Source: Macrostomum lignano (lineage: Eukaryota). From it: DNA of 64,000 nucleotides. The stretch is taken from contig NIVC01001939.1 in assembly GCA_002269645.1 (NCBI GenBank), positions 16,460 through 80,459 of the forward strand. The letters are read 5' to 3'. Within the stretch, counting starts at the first letter, position 1, and the number at the start of each line of letters is the position of its first letter. A program made the translations under genes and the position numbers. The notes below the pieces were generated by a model. That model saw only the letters and a program-made list of their open reading frames with translations. It did not search any database and was not told the DNA's origin. This document shows positions 1 through 11,447 of the stretch, piece by piece.

Positions 1-597
1 ATGCTGGAAATGTTATAGGAACATAGCAATTATAGCTAGCTATATACAACTGATTCAATGGTAAATATACATACACATTTATATAATGAATAAATGCCAT
101 TTAAATGGCCACCAAAGAATTGCCAAAAAATAATTGAAAAAAATGACATACAAATATGATACAGTATAGAGCTCCCCTCACCCTACAACCCCAAGGACAC
201 ACAAAATTATGATCCTATCAAAACTGCAACTAATGTATTACATAAACATGAAGAAGCCCAACTTTGCATCTATTCTGTTGTACTTTACCCTTTGGTCTTA
301 ATTTTGTCTATTTAACCATGTTCAACTCTATATAGACTTACAAACTATAATACACTAAAAACTCTATCTTAATTCCTGAATCAAACATAAGAAAACTATT
401 CCTAATCCTAATCATATCTAATGACTTTAATTGTAGAAAATTGTTTTTTAAGGTTTATTTAGCTTTTCTTTTTTGACCTGTATTAGATAGGCTTAGTTGG
501 CTAATTATCATATATATATATATATATATATATAAACATATTATCCTATTGTCCTAAAGCCAAGGGGTTATATAGCTAAAAACTTAAAACTAAAATT

Positions 598-655
598 ATA
601 GCCTAATGGTAAAATTTTGGACTTACAAATAGAAGGTTAGAGGTTCAATTCTCAT
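598..655 (+). repeat. Degenerate tRNA-like (SINE head) remnant
   Basis: TAGCCTAATGGT (A-box-like) about 30 nt before GGTTCAATTC (B-box-like). Acceptor stem is not recoverable. Confidence 0.4.
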
Positions 656-696
656 TTTTTCCTAATTATTTTTGGAACTATTTATACCTCTGAGAG

Positions 697-957
697 CAAA
701 GGTAGATTTAGGGGGGTGGGGCAGCCATCTTCCCTTCTATAATAGCTTGACAGAACATATTGCACCCTAAAAAAAAATAATTTGCACCCCTAAACTTGAT
801 TTTTTTACCTCAAAATGCCTTTTGAGCACCACTAAACTTGATTTTTTGCACCCTAAATGCATTTTTTATGCTCCCTAGCTTAAAAGTTGGCACCTTTTAT
901 ACTTGTGTTGGCATCCCAAACTTGGACTGCCTCCCACCAAAATGAAATCTGCCACTG
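697..957. mobile_element. hAT-like MITE
   Basis: 8-bp TSD TCTGAGAG at 689-696 and 958-965. Imperfect TIR CAAAGGTAGATTT versus AAATCTGCCACTG. A related copy lies at ~3420-3680. Confidence 0.75.
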
Positions 958-3319
958 TCTGAGAGATACTAACTTTATATTATAGTGCTTATAGTTTATA
1001 AGGCCTATCTCTATATATTAGGTTAGAATTATAAATATTATTATTTTATAGATATAAATATATATACTATTATATACATTATTTAAGTTGTTAGTATACT
1101 AGATCTAAGATTTATAACAACAATATATAATATTATTTGTTCCTTGCATAGGCCAAGTATTTTGGTTTATTTTAGACCTAGCTATGCAAAAGGCATCTTA
1201 ACTTTTTATAAAAAACTAGGAACTAGGTAATATTTTTTTAAGGTTTAGAATTGATAAATATATATATATACAACATATCATATATATAATATGCACAACA
1301 CCTAGCCAAGCCAACCCAAGGATCTAACTAAGATAAGTCACAAAAAATGTGGCATCTAGTTAATCTAGCAATAGGATGATTCAGGGACAGATAATTAAAG
1401 ATGGTCAAAATGGGGACAGTCAATCCTGAGACAATGTATAATAAAAAACTATTAAATCAGCTATTTGGTATTTTGATAGATTAGAGAACTATCATTATAT
1501 TTATTATGATTATTATGATTGTTATTATTATAATTATATATATTATTATTATTTTATATATCAATTTTTTAATAAAATATATATAGAAATAGTTGCCCAG
1601 ATTGGAATATAGTGGGTTCAAAATCTGCAAGTTTCAATAGATTGTTTCTTATAATTGTATAATATTCTGCCTCTCTCAAAATCCACAAAAATGGTTAACA
1701 TACTACTTATACATTTCATTCAGTAGTACAATTGTCAAGTTAAACCCCATCTACAATTCATCATAGGTCATGTATGACCTACATTAGTCAGTTCAAACCC
1801 CACCTATGATTCATCATTTGGCTTGCACCCAGTTTGCACCCGGATGAACCAATCAAATGCAATAGAAAACTACTAGCTACAGTAACCAATCATGCGCATT
1901 TGCAGTAGACTAGTTGCGCAATTTTCTGCCTTGTCATGCTTGACAGCAACCAAAGCATGACCCTTTGAAATTTACAAAAAAGGTGATGGACAACCTTGAG
2001 AGAGGTCTATTTGCCTATAAATACAAGTGGTCCAAAGTGGACCCAGAGCTAAAAAATTGACTTGTGGAAGGAGAAGAAGTTCCAAAGAGGAAGAAATGGT
2101 CTTCCTACCAAAGAAGATTCTTTGAGTTCTTGTGGTAAGCCTTACTCAGTTGTGCCAGTAGTTTGAGATGTCTCATTTGTATTGAGTTTGAGTCTGTTGA
2201 GACTCTTGAGTCTATTTAGACTCCATTGGTTGCAATCTCCAGAAGGACTACCCTAATAGATCTTCGAAGACTATCAGTGATTACTGGAGCTTTACCTAGA
2301 GTGCATTAAGTCATTGCTAGAAGGAGAAGGCTTCTTTGATACTGCAGTTTGGTGCAGGGATCCCATTGTTAATTTGAAGCTTCCTATTGGTCTGAACAAC
2401 AGATACCAGCCAGCAAGAGACAAAGAAGACCACTGGACTAGGCTCCAAGAGCTAACCAGCTAATCTGCAAGACGTCAATAGACCACTTGCAAGAACTACT
2501 GATCAGGACTCAAAGTAATAAATACCTTCATTTGATTACTAGGTTGCCTAGCTAAGTGCTAAAACTGATTGTTCTTTGATCACTGAGAAAAGTCTCAATA
2601 ATAAGGAATACATCATAATGATAATATTGCTATTGCTTTGAAAAAGAGGAAACTACATTAAATTGATATGTTCTTTAATCTTATTAAAGGCCACATATTA
2701 GTTTTATAATCAAATATACTAATACATTAAAACATTTGATGTGACACCCTAAATTATGTCAAAAGTATAGCCATATTGTACAATTTTTTATTAGAAAAGA
2801 TATTATCATAAAATAAATTCTCTAGGCCTACATATAAATAAAAAACTATATGTAAAGTTAGACAATTGCTGGAGTTCTAGAACTAGAACCCATTTTTAAT
2901 GGATATAGATCTAGCACTCTTTTGTAGGCAGTTATCTACTAACAAAGTCTTTGAACATTAGAAGTATCTTGTTTTGAATCTTACACTGGATACATTTTCA
3001 TTGAATTTTCAATTGTACGCCAACAAATTTAAATGTACACCAACTTTCTTAATGTGTGCCAACAAAAACAAAAACAGAAATTAAACATAACCAGAAGTCA
3101 GAATTAGAACAGTACATGTATATTATAAATGGTCAATAAATATTTAAATTTAAATTTAAATTACAAAAAATTGATAATGAGATGACAATTGTTGTGACAA
3201 TTCCGATAATTGAAATGATTAGGCCTAGTAAATGAGAAAATAGTAGAAGAAAAAATGGTTTTTGAAATAACTTAACACAGAAAAATGCACAAAAAATTAT
3301 TTATATTAATTTGTGCACT

Positions 3320-3680
3320 AGTTGTGTATGCCACACTATATGCCACACTGTACACAGCCAAAAAAATGTACGCTGGTATACGCCACAAAACTAAGTATAC
3401 GCTGGAATATTCCGATGTACACCTCTCCTTTTGCAATATGGCTGCCCCCTCCAAAAATTTCTTGATAGAACATATTGCACCCCCTAAAAACCTAAGTTTG
3501 TGCCTCTTAAACTTGATTTTTTGCCTCCTAACACCTTTTTTGCACACTTAAGCTGATATATTTTACCTTTTGTACATATTTTTGTGCCTCCTAGCTTAAA
3601 AATTGGCACTTTTTATATTTATGTTGATGCCACAAACTTAGATCACCTCCTCAAAATGAAACTCTAGATCCGCCACTAAT
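3320..3680. mobile_element. Second, more decayed copy of the 697-957 MITE family
   Basis: Shares GAACATATTGCACCC, AAACTTGATTTTTTG and CCTAGCTTAAAA.TTGGCAC, and ends ...GATCCGCCACTA. Left end is uncertain. Confidence 0.6.
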
Positions 3681-4230
3681 TATTATAATACGACTACTAG
3701 TATCCATAGCTAATAGAAAATAGGTTCTAGTGCCAGAACTCTAGCCATTATTGTAAAATTGTCTATAGGCCTTATTTAAAATCTAAAACTACAATAGGCC
3801 TACAAAATCTATTGCTCAATTATCTATTGCCACTTTGATTATTGCCAGATTGATTATCTAGTAGTAGTAGGCCTACTAGATTAACTTGAAGTTCAAAACT
3901 TATTATCCCAAAAATATAAAGTAGATAGGGGCTTAACAAATAACAAGGTATTTAGCCTTAATAATATAATTATAAATAGGAAGAAGGCCACTTCCGCCAT
4001 TTACCTAAAATTATAATAGAAGATTTACCTAAATTTGCTAGGGCTAGCTTGGGACAATTATTTTTGTTTAAGGTGTTAGGCTTCTTTTATAATAGGTCTA
4101 GAGCTTAACCTTAAGTCATATTTTTTGTCAAAAAGTAGGCTTTTACTTAGCCCTAAGTTACATGGCCAATGTCGGCCTAAATCAAAAAGATTGCACATGA
4201 CATACATGACATAGGCCTAATGTCATGATG

Positions 4231-4432
4231 GGTATCCAGTCAATCCGGCGACAAGACAATCCGGCGACAGACAATCCGGCAACAGTCAATCCAGCAACAG
4301 ATGATCCGGCAACAGATATTAAATCAAGATATATCAGCATATAGTTTATTAGTTAAGCTATTATTTTTTTCAGAAAAAAATTCAGAATAATATATGTTGA
4401 TTTAATATCTGTTGCCGGATTGTCTGGAAGCC
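4231..4432. mobile_element. MITE with GG...CC termini and 8-bp TSD (Merlin-like)
   Basis: TSD TCATGATG at 4223-4230 and 4433-4440. TIR GGTATCCAGTCAATCCGGC...AACAGATATTAAATCAA versus TTGATTTAATATCTGTTGCCGGATTGTCTGGAAGCC. Left arm has five ~11-13-bp CAATCCGGCRACA-like subrepeats. Confidence 0.8.
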
Positions 4433-4449
4433 TCATGATGTATGGTATA

Positions 4450-4697
4450 GGACCAAGATTGCCATACACCAAGACCGCCATACTTGGGGGAGCTAAGGGA
4501 GAAATTTGACTCAATGTTATTAGATGGTGCTAGAGACTGAGAGGAGATAAGTGGCTAAGAGAGCCAGCAAGACAAGGATGTAAGAAAAAAAATCTACAAG
4601 AGGAATAGCAATACTAGAATATTGGTAGCTCCCTCAATACCAGTAGCCAGCTATAGCTGTGGTGGTCTTGGTGTATGGCGGTCTTATTCATGCGCCT
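4450..4697. mobile_element. CpG-decayed MITE-like dispersed repeat, copy A
   Basis: Terminal inverted motifs AAGACCGCCATAC / GTATGGCGGTCTT. Its reverse complement aligns by eye with 8076-8268. Confidence 0.6.
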
Positions 4698-5873
4698 AAT
4701 GTATATTATGCCTAGCTATATATGCCTAGAATAATCTAAGGAGGCAAAAAGGGGTCGTTCACGAATACTTGGATAGAGTAGGTCTAAATTTTTTTAACAT
4801 TGGCTTGAGCTTTTTTGCTATTGACATTGTTAGGCCTACTGCAACTGCTGTAATGTAAGAAAAAGAAAGATTGGATACTTTCAGCTGTGAAAAAGATTGT
4901 TTTTTACTAGAGATTTCGGTTTTAACATTATTAGTTTTTATAACATAATGACTAATGTTAATAAAATTTTCGGCCACAATAACTTTTTTCATGTTTAAAA
5001 ATGTAACAAGTCACAACAAAATTTGCTAGCTTGAAACACTGTTTTTTCACTTGTGTAAGTATGTAAACGAAAATATTTAATAAAATTTTGATTCGTTTTT
5101 TATAGGCCTAGAGCATAAGAATACTTTTTTACTTCATTTGTGTTTACATAAGTTTTTTAAAACTTATAAAGGCCGTTAAGGTTAAAAAATTTCCCGCGTG
5201 TGCGTGATCTAAGCACTCAGTACTCAGTAGTAAGGTCTAGGACTACTGAAGTAGAAGGATGAAAAACTGTTTTCTTGGGATACATTTTACTGAAGAAATT
5301 CATTATGTAGAATGAAAGTTTTCAATTTTACAGTAGGGGCCCTAGTAGGCCTACTAAAATTAGTTTTGGTTTTTAATAGAACAGAAGAGTGCCAAGTGAA
5401 AGACAGATACAGATCCAATGAATGTTTATATTTTTATACCTTGCTTCTCTTATAGCCCTATTGCCATTGATATTCGTAGAGTTTTTTGTTTCGAAAATTA
5501 ATATTATATGTTAATATAAATTTGTATATTCTATGTCAATCTATGATATGTATATAAATCATAGGCCAACAGTAGCCCCACTATGTAATTATTGTTATAT
5601 AGCAAGTAAAATTGCCTATATTATTATGCCATTACTATTAATGGCATAGCCCCACACAGGTCAATTATAAATATGAGGGTCTATTTATGATTTTTATTTT
5701 ATTATTTTTATGGGCCCAATTCGCAATTGATTTTTTGAATAATTTTAAAAATATTTTTTCTGTAGGCCTAGGTTATAGTTTTTCAAATAGTAGGCCTAGT
5801 ATAGGGCCTAATGCTTAGCATGCTGCATAGTATACCAAAATTCTAACATATGCCTATATGGGCTATGGCATAG

Positions 5874-8025
5874 GGTACCCGGTAAAATGCGGAATCCGCA
5901 ACGGAATCGGAATGGAATAGTACGCTAAAACGCGGAATCCGCAGCGGAATGGTAAACTGCGGAACGAAGTGCGGATTCCGCATATTAAAGTAAAACGTGG
6001 AATGCAAAAATGAAAAAAGTAAAATGCGGAATGAAAACTAACTAAATTATACTTTTATTCATCAACATCAACATGTACTAAAGACTACAAATAGCTATCT
6101 AGCTACATGTATATATAGCTTAATTTATTTAGAAGCTGATTTTTTGTAGTGTCAAATAAAGTTTCTATCATCGGAATGTATATTAACAACATATTGTGCA
6201 GTTTTCGGAAATAAGTATACGCTAAAAATACAGAAATAAATTTCTTTGTAAGAAATGTTTAAATATTCCATTTGCCTATCTTGCAAATGCATTCGGAAGT
6301 GTTACCATGATGCTCACTTGCGCTAGGCTTCCGCGCCAGTTTATCACAATATATCATGATATTAAAAAGTGCTTATGCATGGACCTGGCCTGATTTCCAA
6401 GTGCCAAAATGTGCTACAAGGGAACCTAACGTACAAGCAAAACCCTTTCCTGGACATCCTTTTTGATGCGACCAACTATTAACAGCTAATTTTCTAAATG
6501 TACTGTTTGATTGAATCTATGCATTAACTTTTCTGTGGACAAAGCCCACAAGATTAAGTTCCGAAGAGGGTTTACAGGCGACAACAACCCGCTTTACGGG
6601 TGTGCGGGTAGAGCCTCTATGTGACTATGACCCGAAACAACAGCCCAGCAGTTGATTTGTGTCCTTAGAAGTAAGCACTATTTGCAGGCTTAGATTAATA
6701 AAGTTAACAAAAAGGTTGCGATAAAAACAATGCCCATTTTTGTAATAGTTACTCCGGAACCCGATGTGCAACTATAAATATAAATGTATGCCCAGATTGA
6801 TAATTTCCATACTATGACTTGACTTCGCGATTCAAACACTGCATCAACATTACAATTCGGGGAGTCGAATTTCTTGGGTTTGTCCTCCAGTGGAGGAGTT
6901 CCACTCGTTATACCTAACTTTCTATTGCCTAGAGAAGTCATTATATATGATTTATCTGATTCATACCCCCAAGCATTGGTTAATTCGATAGAATAGAATG
7001 AAGGGATTGTTATGCAAGTGAGAAATCAAATAATTTTATACATTTTCTTATATTTACTAGCAAAATAGAGCCCCAATAATAAATAATCAAGCACTTATTC
7101 GTTAGCGATTCGCTGTCCCGTCGCTGGCGAAAAGTCGCTGGCAAAACTTCGCTAATGTTCCGCTGACGATTCGCCAATGCGACCGAGGTGGAAAAACTAT
7201 GTTTTATGCTGCAGGAAGAAAAGTTCCAGACAAACACAGTTTTTGAAACGTTCTACGAGTATATGGGAAATGAAGAAAAAAATGTCGCCACTACTTCGCT
7301 GTCTCGCTGACAATTTGCTTGCGATTCGCCGGCGATTTTCCCAGAAGGTACTGACCTTCCATACTGATCTGACTGATCTGACTTTCCATGCTTCCTTGTA
7401 CTATTTATTGCCTTTCTTGACACTAAAAACGTAAAAGCGTCTTGCAAATCGTAATTTTAGCTTCGCTAAAATCTATCTTGTCCTAAAGTTTCGGATATAA
7501 TTTTTTTTTAGAAATGTACATTTAATGCTACGATTTTTTTTGACAGCAATAGGATGTAGGATGACTTCTCGCCACATGTCAGCGGGCACTTTTGAAATAC
7601 ATTAAATATAAAAATTGTACGTAGTATGCACTTTCGCTTCCAGAGTATGAATTTACCTTAAATAAGTTGCCAAAGCTCTATCTTCATTCCGAAAATTACT
7701 GTATCTTAACCATTCTGCTGAGGATTTTGCTAAGGGAAGATCAACAGATTTGATTTGAGTGTCATAGTGACAATGAAAAACAATTTGTTCAGCAAAAATG
7801 TACATAAATTTCAGATGTTTTTTTAAATATAAGGTGATGAATAAAAGTATAATTCAGTTAGTTTTCATTCCGCATTTTACTTTTTTCATTTTCGCATTCC
7901 GCGTTTTACTTTAATATGCGGAATCTGCACTTCATTCCGCAGTTTACCATTCCGCTGCGGATTCCGCGTTTTACCGTACTATTCCATTCCGATTCCATTG
8001 CGGATTCCGCATTTTACCGGGTACC
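5874..8025. mobile_element. Non-autonomous Mutator-like (MULE) TIR element, 2152 bp
   Basis: ~190-bp TIRs (GGTACCCGGTAAAATGCGGAATCCGC...) with 7 mismatches. 9-bp TSD ATGGCATAG at 5865-5873 and 8026-8034. No transposase ORF recognised inside. Long TIRs plus a 9-bp TSD are typical of MULEs. Confidence 0.85.
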
Positions 8026-8075
8026 ATGGCATAGGGGAGATTTCAAAAAAATTAGGGGCCTATATACCAAGTTTG

Positions 8076-8268
8076 TGGCGCATGACTAGGGCCTAAGACT
8101 GCCACACACCAAAACCACCACAGCTATTGCTGGCTATTGGTATTGAGGGGGAGCTACTAATCTTCTAGCATTGCTATTCCTCTCATAGGTTCTTTTCTCA
8201 CAGCCTTGTCTTGCTGGCTCTCCTAAGTCCTATCTACTTATCTCTCTAGCACCATCTAATAACACAAA
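8076..8268. mobile_element. CpG-decayed dispersed repeat, copy B (inverted relative to 4450-4697)
   Basis: GCGCATGA...ACCACCACAGCTAT.GCTGGCTA.TGGTATTGAGGG...CCTTGTCTTGCTGGCTCTC...CTCTAGCACCATCTAATAACA is shared with the reverse complement of copy A. Confidence 0.6.
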
Positions 8269-8505
8269 TTGGCTATCACAAATGTATTGAAAATTTCATA
8301 GTATTGGACTAAATTAGCTATTCCTCTTAAATTAGCTATTCCAATAAAGGTCAATATCCACACTCTAGTAGCTGCTGCTAGCACTTTGCCAGTGTCATCT
8401 TTTGGTAATTTATGCATTTGCAACAGATTTTCTTTCTGTTAATAGCACTAGTAGAAAGCTTGTGCAAGTGGGAGCACAGCAGTGGTTCAAATCAAGACAT
8501 TTCTA

Positions 8506-9819
8506 TGAGGGGCATTCAATAAGTTTCTGGATGCACAGAAATGAAAAGCATCAGAGGGAAGATAAATGTCAGGCCTTTTTGAAGTACTCTCCAGCAACTT
8601 CAATGCACTTTCTCATCCTTTTAAACAAAGTAGCAAAGCAGCCAGCCCACTCCAACTAAGGGATGTCAAATAGGTGACTTTAGAAGGCCTTGACGGCCTG
8701 TTCTGGTAGTGCAAATTGGACTCCCTTGAGCAGGTGCTTGACTTATGGGAACACAAAGAAATCACATGGTGCCAAGTCGGGGCTGTAGGGTGGGTGCTAA
8801 AGCAGTTGGACGCGATTCTGCTCCATGAACTCCACAGTTAGTTGGGCAGTATGAGCCTAGGTGTTGTCCTAATGGAGCAGCAAACTGTGATAGCGAGTCC
8901 TTGGGAACTTCTTAGCGATGGATTGCAGCATCTAGGGCATACAGTCGGTTACATACCAGCCTGCAGTCACCGTCCGCTGTGTTACCAGCGGAATCATGGC
9001 TATGGGACCATTGCAAGCCACAAAACAGCCACTATCTGCTTGGCAATGCCAATGCTTTGTGACTGCACAAGCTTTGAAGATGGCAGACTGCCAATGGGGG
9101 TCCACTGGGCCAACTGCTGCTTGCTCTCTGGGTCAAAACAGTATACCCAGGGCTCATCACCACTGATAATGTCCCAGGAGCTCGTTGATCTTCCACCGTC
9201 AAATATTTCAAGCATTGAATGGCACCAATTGATCTGGGCCTGTTTTTGCTCCTAGGTCAGGTAATGAGGCACCCAGTGTGCAGACACCTTGCTGAGGCCA
9301 AGCCTTTCATGTAGGATGGTTGAGGTGCTTCCCGATGAAATGCCCACAGCAGTGGCTAGCTGTTGCACTGTCAACTGCGGGTCTTCTTCAACCAAGGCCT
9401 GCACTACAGCCACTGCTTCCTGAGTGGTTGAACTCAGGGGTCATCCTTTGCGAGCCTTGTCTTCAAGCAACACTCGGCCCCAACGAAATTCCGTGAACCA
9501 GTCAAAGATGGTTGTTCTTGAGGATGCAGTATCCCCAAAGGCTAGGCAAAGCCATTCTAAGCTTTGCGACTGGTTCAGTCTAAATTTGTAATTATAAAAA
9601 ATCATTGCTCTCCAGTAGATGCATGACAGTTCCATAATAGATACTTGAAGTTGGAGGTGATAGGTGACTTTGAAGTGAAGTTGTGAGATTCAGGTTTATT
9701 GTGTAAACTTTATATTTTATGTCAAATCTCAGGAGATATACATTTTTCATATGAGTACATTTTGAGCAGCCTAGAGTGTGCTGGCTCTTATGGTCCCGAA
9801 ACTTATTAAACGCCCCTTA
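8506..9819 (-). mobile_element. Full-length mariner (Tc1/mariner) element, 1314 bp, inactive
   Basis: TA duplication at 8504-8505 and 9820-9821. TIR TGAGGGGCATTCAATAAGTTTCTGGA versus TAAGGGGCGTTTAATAAGTTTCGGGA. Contains a transposase pseudogene. Confidence 0.95.
8569..9635 (-). pseudogene. Mariner transposase pseudogene
   Basis: Hand translation gives MELSCIYWRAMIFYNY...WVPHYL...SGDEPWVY...H*DN...HPPYSPDLAPCDF...GEYF. About 9 in-frame stops and at least one frameshift. Confidence 0.95.
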
Positions 9820-11223
9820 TACAAGTATAAGATTACATAGAAAAGCTAGTATGCACTTGTACTTTCTTTAACTTTGATTCTTGTCCTGTTTATCTATAAG
9901 CTTATATTTAAGCACAATTCACCACCCCAAATTTCCAACCCACAACCTCTTTAACCCTACCCCTAACCCAGGCTAGCTATGTGTAGTCCTTTATTTTCTA
10001 TCCAGGCCTAAATTATCAATTCATTCACCCTACCTTATATAAAACTGATATTAACCCTATTCCAGACTACCCCCATCCTCCACTAGGGTAGGCCTAGGAT
10101 TGCTAGCTAAATAATGTATGTATTTTCTATGAGGCAATATAGTTTTATTGTATAATAATTTTAATATATAGTTGGATACTCATATATCACTTAGTATCTA
10201 GCGCTTATTTAATATAGCATTTGACTTACTCAACTTGGCTGCAGGGGGCTCCATATATCTAGAAACAGTGAGGAGATGTTGCTACCCATTTTGCTAACCC
10301 TTGGCAACCACAAGCAGCTAGTGCTACAGTGTGGTGCAGGGAGTTCTGATGGTGCCAGTGTCTGCAGTGCAGTCCTCCTCTAGAAAATCCAGGAGGTAGA
10401 TAGTTGCTCACTGGATAGCCTTTAGGTAATGGACGAGCTAGCAGAGATTCCTGGGCCTAAAAATGTAGTGTATATGGCATTTAGTGCATGGTATAATATA
10501 GCTCCCTTAGACCTTAGCAAAGTTTGTTTAGCATTTATTATTTGTTTTGCAATGTTATAAAGAAGATTTATATTTCATAAATAATCCCACCATTGTTATC
10601 AAGTTGTGGTATATTTCTTCTCATTAAGAATTTCCTAATGTTGCTACCAAGTTGTATTAGAATAGTTTTTTTATTGCCCAATGATTTCTCTTTCTAATAT
10701 CCAGATTGGTTTTTGTCTAATTATGATTTCCCATTGACTTAGGCCTAGCTGCAAGGTGATCCAAAGATGCAACGGGTGGAAAATATTGCCTTTTCTGCTA
10801 AAATGACTTCCCATTAGTGGATGATCCAGTTTTAGGCTATCTAATAAATTGGAAATTTTTTCCTTTTGTCTTGGTAAATGACATCTCTCCCCTTTGATTT
10901 TCTACTTTTGGTTTAGACTATTCATCTTCTCATTTTGTATTTCACCTAAAACCAATTTATCTTTGATTCTAACAAATAAGAAAGACTTTTAGCAAAATTC
11001 GCTTAATTTAGTTTTATCAAAAAAAATAGTTTCCTTTGGTTTTGATGGGAGTTCAACTTGAGAGCACATCTTAGTATTAGCATAAAATTTTTATCAATTG
11101 ACCTCTTCTATAGGATAGGTTATCTATTGGACTACAACCTCTCTAGTCTATATATGGCCCTTTGATAATAATATTGCCCTCATGCTTTAGAAAGTGACCC
11201 TTGGGCGTGTTTGTGCTGATATT

Positions 11224-11378
11224 TGGGAAACTGGGAATTTTTTACAAGGCGGGTCTTTTAGCAGCAGTAGAAAAAACCATAGACAACAAAGTATCGCAGC
11301 ATCGCTCTAATGAAAATAAGCCAGCCAGCCTCGTCAGCTGCTAAAAGACCAGCCTCATAAAAAATTCCTAGTTTCCCA
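11224..11378. repeat. Inverted repeat with ~42-bp arms (MITE-like hairpin) just upstream of ALG1
   Basis: TGGGAAACTGGGAATTTTTTACAAGGCGGGTCTTTTAGCAGC (11224-11265) versus the reverse complement of 11337-11378. Confidence 0.75.
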
Positions 11379-11447
11379 TCCCGGTGTTTGAGTAGTCTGT
11401 GTGGTAAATACTATGCTATAAATACAAACGTAAGCATAATTATCTAG

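Noticed and set aside
5874-6060. GCGGAATG in the MULE TIRs matching the SINE/LINE 11-mer
   Set aside because: Only 7-8 nt match, with none of the surrounding stem structure; treated as coincidence.
10200-11150. Possible decayed coding sequence on the minus strand
   Set aside because: Open stretches of 50-80 codons showed no recognisable motif.
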